Source: Haplodiscus bocki
Taxonomy: Eukaryota
NCBI GenBank assembly: GCA_965655095.1
Contig: OZ296651.1
Span: 54,932,001 to 54,996,000 of the forward strand
Length of the DNA: 64,000 bases
Direction: 5' to 3'
Part shown: piece after piece, positions 1 to 10,910 of the stretch
How positions within the stretch are numbered: position 1 is the first letter of the stretch
How the letters are laid out: each line of letters opens with the position of its first letter
Translations under genes and position numbers: made by a program
The notes under the pieces: model-generated
The model's input: the letters and a program-made list of their open reading frames with translations, nothing else
Database searches by the model: none
Told to the model about the DNA's origin: nothing

Positions 1-1469
1 ACAGTTCATTAACGTGCAAAAGAAGATTCCCGAAAAATGGCCCATTATTGCACTGTATTTGAAACTTCTTTTAGTTGTTAGAGTATAAACGTAACCAGGT
101 CCCACGCTAATGACACTCTCATATAACCACAGACGTCATGAAAGATTGCCTGTTATCATTATATATTCGAAAAACTCAATTAGTGTCGTTGAAGGCTGTC
201 GCCTGTTCCAATATGGCCACCAGAAGGAGCCCTTGATTTAACTTCATGCAATTCTATTGTTTTGGCTACGTAGATACAAACTGCAAGAAAAACGTTTTTG
301 GATGTTGTGTTTTCCGCAAACCAGTGAGTTGCTTTCAAACGTTTCGCAAAACATCCTCCGAGCAAAACTATTAAGTGCGCAAATTTGAAATAAGAGAAGC
401 GTCTGTGTCAAAACAAATTTTTTGAAAGAATGACGTATCAATGATTGTGTTGTCATCATAAACAGGAAAAAGCTGCGAAGCGTACTTGTTGGCTGCTTGA
501 GTCGTCGAACCGATGATTTGAAGGGGTTGACTCATACGTTTGAATCACGTGAATTGGGCATTTGTTACACCTAACTCAATATCCAATGTGCGGCTGTGAT
601 CATTTACATAAAGTCGCCCAAATCCTTTTTGAAGAAGATCAATGTTAAGTAACAAGCTGTCTTTGGAAGGTACATCTAAACCACGGGAGGAATGGTTTTT
701 GAGCCTTTACCCAACCGTTTTTGGCAGGAGCCGCAGCACCATTTTCTTGGCGCCATTTGTCAAACAGTAGATTCAAAGGGTCAGGAAACTGCTGGGGGCT
801 TCAGTGGCGAATATGAGGCGTTTGCTTGGTGATTCTCCGTGCGCTGTCCGGTTTTGGATTCTAGAAATTGTCTCTAGCGTAAGTGTTTGCCAAGAGAAGT
901 TGCAGCAGAGCAAGTATTTCAACTAAATTGAAAAAATGTTTGTGCAGCTGTTTGGTGTTCATTTGGAGAGCCTTAGGAAATCAAATATACCTATCGATGT
1001 ATCTTGTCGATCGCGAAAAATGTTTTGGTTGTTCCCATCAACGGTGACGCGGTTTTTTGGACGACATTCGAGATATGTCTTGACCATTTACTTTTTCCTC
1101 CAGCTATTCCCGATTGAAGTAGGCTGCCTAAACTTTTTTTTGGCGTTTTCTGTTGATAATAGGTGTTTTCTTGTGACGTTGTTGTTCGTGTTTTTGTTTT
1201 TTTTTGGTCCTGAAACCTTGAGTTCAAAATAATTTGAGCAATCAACTATTGTTCGTTTGCGATTGGGCGCTTCGTGGTCACTTCAGTCTCGTCATTTGGA
1301 GAGTTTGTATGCGGCAATGAAGCTGGTACCTGAGCAATGATTTTTCTGTTTTTGTTTGTCGCGATATTCCAGACGTTTGCTTTTGTTTTGTTTCGTTTTT
1401 CAGAAAGCAGTACTCGTCGTTGGTTATTAGAATAAACTCTTTGAGGCTATGTTTGATGTCATACCAGGC

Positions 1470-1787
1470 TTCTAAATGATTTGGCACTGACGGAAGAATG
1501 ACTTTCAATAATCGTAAACCCGTAGGAGAAGCCACAGGCAGACGCCTACGTTTGAGTGGAATCTTTTTCCTTGAACAGAGAGTCGCTCTAATGCTCTTTT
1601 CTCGTGAAAGTTTTGATATTCTGGCGTGCACTTTTTTCTCCAATTTGAATTTCGCTTTTTTCATGTTGAAGTTGTAAACGCAAAGGAATTTAATTCTTTC
1701 ATCAGAACAATTCCAATTGAAACATCTTTTCAAAGAAAGAATAAACATTTTGTGCAAATCAACAGTATTAAAATTTTGTAAACTCAT
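1470..1787 (-). pseudogene. Small basic polinton ORF downstream of the ATPase (second copy ~4365-4680)
   Basis: 'CSDERIKFLC...FN...SRKKIPLKRRRL...GLRLLKVILPSVPNHL' is K/R-rich and resembles the small basic ORF that follows the ATPase in animal polintons. The assignment is from recalled pattern only. Confidence 0.5.
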
Positions 1788-2445
1788 TGTCGGGATTCAA
1801 GTATGGTTGCTCCGTTGAACAGATGAATAGCGATGGCTCGTCACCAAAACACTTGGAAGAATACCCCAGCGTCTTGCTACTTCTCACGTCTAAATCAATC
1901 ATCATTTGAACAAAAAAGTATTATTTTTGTGTGCTTCATTGTGAGGGTCGCTCACCCAGTTGACGTCCCAAAATACCAATCTCTTCCGAGTATCTTGTGC
2001 TTTTGAAGGGAATTATCCGCGCGACATTCAAGTCGATTGTTTCCGAGTTTTTTCTGATGAAACAGAATGTGTCTTAAATCCATCAACTGGAGGTTGCGAT
2101 GTCGACCGGCAATATCTATTGCTAGAAGTTCTTTGCTTTGTAACGGTTCATCGAATAAATTATCCAAAACAAATTTCGTTTGCTCTGCGCTGCAGCTTTT
2201 TCTAAAGAGTTCCATTCTTATCCTTGAATAAATTGAATATCAACAAGTGTGGACTCACAAGGCATCGAAAATAGTTCCGTAATGTTGATAATGCTTGAAA
2301 ATTTAGAATATTTTGTCGAAGCTAGGTGAAAGTGTTTTCCCCTGATTGACAATCCTACCTCCAATCAGTCTAATTTTCCCCCCGATCCCGATGGACCCGC
2401 AACAGAAACGAAGCAGTGAGGCTCGGTGCTCTTTCGCTTGTTCAA
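1745..2445 (-). pseudogene. Polinton-type DNA-packaging ATPase (A32/FtsK-HerA superfamily), copy A, frameshifted
   Basis: Minus strand gives Walker A 'FVSVAGPSGSG(K)' at ~2375-2415, Walker B 'FVLDNLFDE', 'AGRHRN', 'LRHILF', 'LNVARIIPFKSTR..EEIGILGRQLG' and 'MMIDLD'. This is the motif order of polinton ATPases. Confidence 0.85.
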
Positions 2446-4639
2446 TGCTTTGGAATGTGTAAGATATGACCTGAACAAGCTGACAAGAGGTTAATTTACT
2501 TAATGCGACTCTGTTGTCCGCCGTGCAAAAGGTGACGAAAGTTATTCAAAAAATAACAAGTATCAAATTAACTAACTAATGAATCAATCTTACGAGTGAA
2601 GCTCGATCGAGTTCTGAGTCGTCACCGCTGCAAAGATTCACTCTAAATGGTCGTTCTTGTTTTCCTCAAAAACAACTCAATCAATGTTCTATTGAGAATT
2701 GTCTTAAAAATCAGGTTCATCCGCCACCTCTTCTTGATTCTTACAAAGTTCACTGTAGTGGTCACTCGAACGTTTCGATTCAACGCCTTGCATCGATAAG
2801 AAAGCTATTCTCTGGAAACTTTGCGTGTGCTCGGGAAACCCAACCGTTTTGCGCTTCGATTGATTTGGTTAGAACGGAAATTTATTGGAATATACAGATT
2901 GGACAAAGTTCATTAACGTGCAAAAGAAGATTCCCGAAAAATGGCCCATAATTGCACTGTATTTGGAACTTCTTTTAGTTGTTAGGGTATAAACGTAACC
3001 AGGTCCCACGCTAATGACACTCATATGACCACAGACGTCATGAAAGATTGCCTGTTATCATTATTTTTTCGAAAAACTCCATTAGTCTCGTTGAAATCTG
3101 TCGCCTGTTCGAATAATGCCACCAGAAGGTGCCCTTGATTCAACTTTATGCAATTCTATTGTTTTGTCTACGTAGATACAAACTGCAAGAAAAACGTTTT
3201 TGGACATTGTGTTTTCCTCAAACCAGTGAGTTACTTTCAAACTTTTCGCAAAACATCCTTCGAGCAAAACTATTAATTGCGCAAATTTGAAATAAGAGAA
3301 GCGTCTGTGTCAAAACAAATTTTTTGAAAGAATGACGTATCAATGATTGTGTTGTCATCATAAACAGGGAAAAGCTGCGAAGCGTACTTGTTGGCTGCTT
3401 GAGTCGTCGAACCGATGATTTGAAGGGGTTGACTCATACGTTTGAATCACGTGAATTGGGCATTTGTTACACCTAACTCAATATCCAATGTGCGGCTGTG
3501 ATCATTTACATAAAGTCGCCCAAATCCTTTTTGAAGAAGATCAATGTTAAGTAACAAGCTGTCTTTGGAAGGTACATCTAAACCACGGGAGGAATGGTTT
3601 TTGAGCCTTTACCCAACCGTTTTTGGCAGGAGCCGCAGCACCATTTTCTTGGCGCCATTTGTCAAACAGTAGATTCAAAGGGTCAGGAAACTGCTGGGGG
3701 CTTCAGTGGCGAATATGAGGCGTTTGCTTGGTGATTCTCCGTGCGCTGTCCGGTTTTGGATTCTAGAAATTGTCTCTAGCGTAAGTGTTTGCCAAGAGAA
3801 GTTGCAGCAGAGCAAGTATTTCAACTAAATTGAAAAAATGTTTGTGCAGCTGTTTGGTGTTCATTTGGAGAGCCTTAGGAAATCAAATATACCTATCGAT
3901 GTATCTTGTCGATCGAGAAAAATGTTTTGGTTGTTCCCATCAACGGTGACGTGGTTTTTTGGACGACTTTCGAGATATGTCTTGACCGTTTACTTTTTCC
4001 TCCAGCTATTCCCGATTGAAGTAGGCTGCCTAATTTTTTTTTGGCGTTTTCTGTTGATAATAGGTGTTTTCTTGTGACGTTCGTGTTTTTGTTTTTTGTT
4101 GGTCTTGAAACCTTGAGTTCAAAATAATTTGAGCAATCAATGATTGTTCTTTTGCGATTGGGCGGTTCGTGGTCACTTAAGTCTCGTCATTTGGAGAGTT
4201 TGTATGCGGCAATGAAGCTGGTACCTGAGCAATGATTTTTCTCTTTTTGTTTGTTGCGATACTCCAGACGTTTGCTTTCGTTTTGTTTGATTTTTCAGGA
4301 AGCAGTACTCGTCGTTGGTTATTAGAATAAACTCTTTGAGGCTTTGTTTGATGTCATGGCAAAATTCTAAATGATTTGGCACTGAAGGAGAAGTGACTTT
4401 CAATCGCAAACCCGTAGGAGAAGCCACCAGCAAAGGCTTACGTTTGAGTGAAATCTTTTTCCTTGAACAGAGAGTCGCTCTAATGCTCTTTTCTTGTTAA
4501 AGTTTTGATTTTCTGGCTAGCATTTTTTCTCTACTTTGAATTTCCCTTTTTTCATGTTAAAGGTGCAGTCGCAAAGGAATTTAATTCTTCCATCAGAACA
4601 ATTCCAATTGAAACATCTTTTTAAAGTAAGAGGAAAAGT

Positions 4640-5332
4640 TTTGTGCAAATCAACTGTTTTGAGTTTTTTGTAAACTCATTTTCGAGGTTCAAATACGGTT
4701 GATCCGTTGAACAGATGAATAGCGATGGCTCGTCACCAAAACACTTGAAAGAATACCTCAGGGTTTTGTTACTTCTCACGTCTAAATCATTCATCATTTG
4801 AACAAAAGAGTATTATTTTTGTGTGCTTCATTGTGAGGGTCGCTCACCCAGTTGACGTCCCAAAATTCCAATCTGTTCCGAGTATCTTGTGCTTTTGAAG
4901 GGAATTATCCGCGCGACATTCAAGGCGATTGTTTCCGAGTTTTTTCTCTTGAAACAGAATGTGTCTTAAATCCATCAAATGGAGGTTGCGATGTCGACCG
5001 GCAATATCTATTCCTATAAGTTCTTTGCTTTGTAACGGTTCGTCGAATAAATCATCCAAAACGAATTTCGTTTGCTCTGCGCACCAGCTTTTTCGGAAGA
5101 GTTCCCTTCTAATCCTTGAAAAAATTGAGTATGAACAAGTGTGGACTCACAATGCATCGAAAATAGTTCCGTAATATTGATAATGCTCAAAAAATTAGAT
5201 TTTGTCGAAGCTAGGTGGAGGTGTTTTTTCCTGATTGACAATCATACATCCAATCAATCTATTTTTCCGCGATCGTGCTGGACCCGCAACAGAAACAAAG
5301 CAGTGAGACTCAGTGCTTATTCGCTTGTTCAT
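4640..5332 (-). pseudogene. Polinton-type packaging ATPase, copy B, degenerate Walker A
   Basis: ATG at 5332 gives MNKRISTESHCFVSVAGPARSRK, followed by 'LDDLFDE', 'AGRHRNLHL' and 'GRQLG'. It is paralogous to copy A. Confidence 0.85.
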
Positions 5333-8300
5333 TGCTTTGGAGTGGGTAAGATATGACCTGAACAAGCTGACAGGGAGCTAATTTACCTAATGCGAATATG
5401 TTGTCCGCCGTGCAAAAGGTGAGGAAAGATTTTCAAAAAGTGACAAGGCTGAATTTAGCTAAGTGATTAATCAATATTACGATTAAAGGTCGATCGAGTT
5501 TTAAGTCGTCACCGCAGTAGAGATTAACACTAAATGGTGATCGTTCTTGATTTTTTCCCTCAAAAACAACTCGATCAATGTTCCCTTGAGAAATGTTTTG
5601 AAAATCAGGTTCATCCGCCACCTCTTCTTGATTCATACAAAGTTCACTGTAATAGTCACTCGAGCGTTTCGATTCAACGCCTTGCATCGATGAGAAAGCT
5701 ATTCTCTGGAAACTTCGCGTGTGCTCGTTAAACCTAACCGTTTTGCACGTCGACTGATTTCATTAGAACGGAAATAATCATATTCGAAAAACTTCATAAA
5801 CGTGCCACGTAAAGTTCCCGAAAAATGGCCCAGAAGTATACTTTTTTTGAAGTGGTTTTAAGTTCTTAGGGTGTAAACGTAAACAAGTTCCACGGTATTG
5901 ACACTTCTCATGTAATCATAGACGTCATGGAAGATTGCATGCTGTCGTTAATTTTTTTGAAATTTTCAAGTACCTGCGTTGAAGGCTGTCGCCTGCTCTA
6001 TTATTGCCACCAAAAGCCGCCCTTGATTTAACTTCATGCACATTCATTGTTTTGTCTACGTAGAGACAAAGTGCCAGAAAAGTAGTTTTGGATGTTGTGT
6101 TTTTGGGAAACCAGTGAGTTACTTTAAAAATTTTCGCAAATGTCCTTCGAGGAAAACGTTCAAGTATGCAAATTTGAATTAAGAGATGCGTCTGTATCAA
6201 AACAAAACTTTTGAAAGATTGACGTGTCGAAATTTATGTTGTCATCATAAACAGAAAATAGATGCGAAGCGTAGTCGTTGGCTTCTTGAGTCGTTGAACC
6301 GATGATTTGAAGTGGTTGAGTCGTACATTTGAATCACGTGCATTGAGCATTTGTTCCACTCAAATCAGTGTCCTTTCTGCGGTTCTGCTCAGTTACGTTG
6401 AGTCGCCCAAGTCGTTTCTGATGAAGAGCTATTTATGATAACATGCTGTCTTTGAATTGTGCATCTGAGTTTTCCAGGTCGAGCTGACGTTTAAAAAGAA
6501 ATAATGATTTCTCTGTCCCAAGTGGTGCTCCCAGTGAATTTTGTCGTTTGTACTCGCTCACACTTTTGAATTTGCAATCAAGTCCCTCTGTGGTCTTCTG
6601 ATTCATGACGGATTGCGTGTTCTCGCCTCTGACTGGAATGGAACTCGCCGATGATTTGTTTGTTTCTGCTCTGAGCTTTTTTTCGGGATATAAAACAGTC
6701 ATCATTTATGCATGCGCATTGTTCGCTGTCGATGAAACTCGAAAAACAATAGTCTGCTTCAATAGTTTCCCCGTCCGCACAATCAGGAAGACGAAGTAGG
6801 GTATGATATTGGTTCTAGGGCAGCGTTTCGAACATTCCTTCCGATTGCGCACCGATGAATTCGTTTTCAATGTGTTCTCGGCTTAGATTTTGAGCGTTTT
6901 GCGAGCACACTAGAATATCAAGAGTCGTGCACAAACTGGTAGGCATCGAATCAGGAAACGCATTTTTTAAGGTTTCAAAACGCTTCTCGGTATTGGTAGT
7001 TTCGTGCGTATAAAATAGAACTTCTCTGAAAACAGCTGTCTTTTGTTTCAACCAGCGAAAATTGTAAGCAACTCATTGTAGTATTATATCATGTAAAAGT
7101 GAACCGTGTCAGAGTTTTTATCTCACCCACGTCCTAATGGGAAATTTTCAATTCAGTCTATTGTGGAGTCTTCCATCAAAAAGGAAAGGTATACTTGGCA
7201 CAGTCACGATAATTTATCAGCCTCTGTTCACAACTGGTCCACGTGAGTGCCAAGTGTGCTAGCCAGCTGTAATGTATCAAAGTGGTACTGCTGTTACCGT
7301 TTTTCCTATGTTTTCGATTTTTGAGTGAATTTATCTTTTATAGAATGCTTAACAAAAAATTTATTTTCACGACGTTGCTGCTTGATGCTTCGGAAGGTTA
7401 GTTTAGCATCGTTTAATCCTGTGTCAGGGGGTTTATAGCTTTATTTCCACTCTCAGAATCGACTGATTCTCCAAAGTTGAATTTTTTCACTCGTAGAAAA
7501 AGTTGTCACAATTTGACTGATGAACAAATAAATGTCAAAAGAATCGAGGCGAGATGTCATAAACTAAATTCAGTGTCCTTAGTCAATAAAGTTCAGTTTC
7601 AGATGATTTTGTACTTTGACCTTTTTGACTGGGAAAATTTTCGTTTTGGGAGTCAGAAATTGCAGCAAACCCCCCTTCCTTTACTTACATTTAGTGTCTT
7701 TTGAAGCAAAAATTAACCTGATTCGATAATCCGAACAAGTTTTCGAAAATGTGATTCCAACTGTTCGGACAACTGAGATCTCATTAGTGTCCTTCAATGT
7801 AAGCTTCATCTACAGATACTTAGTCTTTCGAACTTTGTGTTGTAGGTTTTGATCGACGAGAATGACCCTGAAGGTGCCATCGACCTTCTTGAAGGAACCC
7901 AGTATCTTGTTAAATTCAAACTCATAGCTCCCCTTGTTGAAAGTGGTGCATTGTCTTTGATTTGATTGATTTGTGAGTTCGATTGATCACCATTTACCAT
8001 TGCTGAAGCTTTGATTGAGAACTAGTTCTTTTTTGAAATCACTTGTGTTTATCTTTTGTACCTTATAAATATTTTGTATTTGGCAATTAGCATGAATAGA
8101 GTTTTTGTAGGTCTGAAAGTAGCGCAACTTTAAAAATAAGATGCTCGACATAGTTCGCAGCATGGTGTTGCAGTTGCTATCACCAATTGGTGACAACGAT
8201 TGGACCACAGCCTGCTATAGGTTATGATGATACAACTATGACCTGTGTTGTCCAAATCATGCTTGTCAAACCTCATCCGAAGAAGCCAATGTATTACTAC

Positions 8301-8408
8301 GGTTACTGTTCAGCATACTAAGTCAGTTTTCAGGAACGAAAAAAATCTTTTTCGAAAAATGGGAAATTTCTCTAGATCTCTTAGCTCTAAGGCTGTACTT
8401 CAATAATA

Positions 8409-8880
8409 GACAAGACGATCGGTTACCATCGGCATATTTTTCCCCCACCAAATTTGTTGCCTTTTAAAAAAGGTTGAACATGTTTTTTTTAATACTTTAC
8501 AAATTTTGTAATTTTTTTGCAAATTTGAAAATTTTCTGATTTTTTTTGAAAACCTCAATTAAGGTAGAAAAGACTCAAGAAATACTATCATTTGATACGC
8601 ATTCTTCAGCAAATTTGCCACCTTCACCGATTTTGAAAAATGTTTTTTTTTCTAAAAACCCCAAATTTTTTCTAGAAAAACCCAATTTTCGTACATATGT
8701 GAGAAAGCTTACTATTTCAGTTGCATTCTACGACAAATTTTCTATAATTTGGTGATAAAAAATTCGAATTCAGAATTGTCTTCTGGTCATTCCGTCCGGA
8801 CAATTGGCAAGTCAACGTACAAAACGTACCGCATTAAGTGGATGATTTTCCTTCCATATTATAAATATGGGCGGAAATAG
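8409..8880 (-). mobile_element. HINE family 1 (DINE-1-like non-autonomous Helentron) copy
   Basis: Begins CAAGACGATCGGTTACCATCGGCATATTTTTCCCCC and ends CCATATTATAAATATGGGCGGAAAT. The body is shared with the other family 1 copies. Confidence 0.75.
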
Positions 8881-10754
8881 CAAAAGAGACCATGAGAGGC
8901 TTGTAAAGAACAGGAAACGTGATCCGCTGGCCCACCAACTCCTGGCCTTAATACCGTTTAGCTTATTAATCGTCAATCTTCACCATAAAAACGTCGATAA
9001 TTGCATCAAAAAATACGGGTATTGCTTGAAGTACATCACAAATTCATGCCAAAAAACGAAAAATTTATCCGAAAAAAAATTCAGTTATGAAGCCACGAAT
9101 GTCAGCGGAAGAGCACATAGTTCCGGGTCGGTCTTCCAAGAGTACCTAGTTGGGAAATTTCAGAGAACGAAAAACAGGAAAAAGTCGGTGAAAACGGAAA
9201 AATGAAGAATACTTTAGAGAAAAAACTCCCTTTTCTCACTTGGTGTCTTTTTTTACTCACACCTACCGCCGAGATACATATTCCTCGAACTAATGAATGA
9301 AGTTTCAATTTGCTCCTAACTAAAGTTTTTAAGATTGCAACCTGTGCCCAGCTATCTAAGATGTTCATTACAGTTGCAACTTACAGTGCAACGGTAAGTG
9401 GGAGCGGGACTGATTTGTTCACCTGTACGCGCCCTACAGTTTACCTCAAGTTATGAGTCAAAGAAAAATCAGTTTAATTATAATTATGGATAGTTTCCTG
9501 ATGTTCAAAGTATACCATCATTCTGGGCCGATTCGAACGAAGGTTTTGTAAAATACAACTTAAGCGTAAATTTGAACAAGAATACCTGATTTTTAACATC
9601 GAAGGTGTTTGATATTATTGGAACTCATCTTGACCTTTTTTCCGACATTTGAAACGTCTACTTGTAAAAACTAATGTAGCAAATGTAATGTAGTGACTAC
9701 CTTTATTCATCCGACTGCCTTTATTGCTTTGTAAATCATGTGAACTTCACTTTCGATTATCTGCCGCTCGATTTTTTTGCCATGAACGTGAAAATTTGTC
9801 AAAATGTCCTTGTATTCTGCACCCCAGCAGTTAATTTTTTTAGAGGCGTAGCGTGAATGTCAGTAGTAGCTGATATTGCCTGCGTAAGCAAGTGGGTATC
9901 ACGGAAAGGTTCCGTATTAATTTGTCGTAAACCGTTTAGTTATTCAACCATATTTAAAGTTATCGAAATTTCCGGTATTCATTTTTGCGGGGGAATTTTC
10001 AGTTTTTCCAAGCGGTATCACGAATGTTATTTATTAGACTTGAAATATAATCGTTTAATTCTTTCGCTTCGACGTCCGAGCTCCATCAGGGGCCTATTTT
10101 TACGGAGACTCTTTAAAATCTTAATTTTCATTGAGTTTAAAGCAAGGTTGCTTTTTTCATACTGAAAGGTACAAATTTAATCACAAATGACTCACGCTGT
10201 TTTTGATCCTGTCGAAAATTTTCATTTTCTGACGTCATCAGAGAGTCTAGTGGTGTAGTGTAAAAGGAAAAAAGACGTAATTTGAGACATATGGCGGGCA
10301 CTTGTCTCTTCTTGCGTTCTAAAAGTTTCATTTTTTAAACACTGGTCTGAAAAAAAGCTACAGCGCTTTAATAGGACACGTTTAACATGAGAATAATTTG
10401 AAATGAGACTGGTGAACCAAATTAGACATGATTGTTTTATCAAATATATTGTAACAACAACTATTGCGAAGTTGCAACTTTTTCGAGTGAATAACTAAAG
10501 TGCAAACTTTAGTTTCTTCCCAATATTTGCAAACTTGTTGCTCAAATATGGATTATTTCGAGTGTTGACCCAAGGCTGATTTTGATTATTCTGATAGCTA
10601 ATAATAGATGGATTGACATAAGTTTATTCAATTTACATTTTTAGTTGACGGTTTAGTGATATTTTAACTAAAACGCCCGACTATTACAGTACGTTTTTTA
10701 AAGATCGAAAAAGTCAACGCGTATACAACGTGTCTCGTACGATTTTTTAACATT

Positions 10755-10910
10755 TAATATGGCCCATCGGGTACGTGAAAATAGTTCCAAATCCATAGGT
10801 CGCAGGTTCGAAACCCGCTATAGGCTATTTTCTGTACATTTTATATATCTCGCAGTGGTTGTCACAATGATTTTCGCAGCCACAGGTCGTGAGTTCGAAC
10901 ACCTGTGTAG
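10755..10910 (+). mobile_element. Two tandem tRNA-like (A box/B box) heads, SINE-like; second head repeated at ~14460-14516
   Basis: TGGCCCATCGG...GGTTCGAAACC, then (TGGC)GCAGTGG...G(G/A)GTTCGAAC. No intact cloverleaf is evident. Confidence 0.55.

Larger units (their letters stand above)
5..6460. repeat. ~2.9-kb tandem module: copy A 5-2908, copy B 2909-5792, partial and more diverged copy C 5793-~6460
   Basis: GTTCATTAACGTGCAAAAGAAGATTCCCGAAAAATGGCCC occurs at ~5 and ~2909, with a diverged version at ~5793. The ORF track is duplicated with a ~2902 offset. Confidence 0.95.
1..8330 (-). mobile_element. Decayed Maverick/Polinton (adintovirus-like) endogenous element fragment; extends beyond the left edge of the window
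   Basis: Densely packed, co-oriented, frameshifted or stop-interrupted ORFs on the minus strand. They include a recognisable A32-type packaging ATPase followed by a small K/R-rich ORF, a gene pair typical of polintons. The right boundary is approximate, and the ORF remnants at 6.5-8.3 kb are unassigned. Confidence 0.72.
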
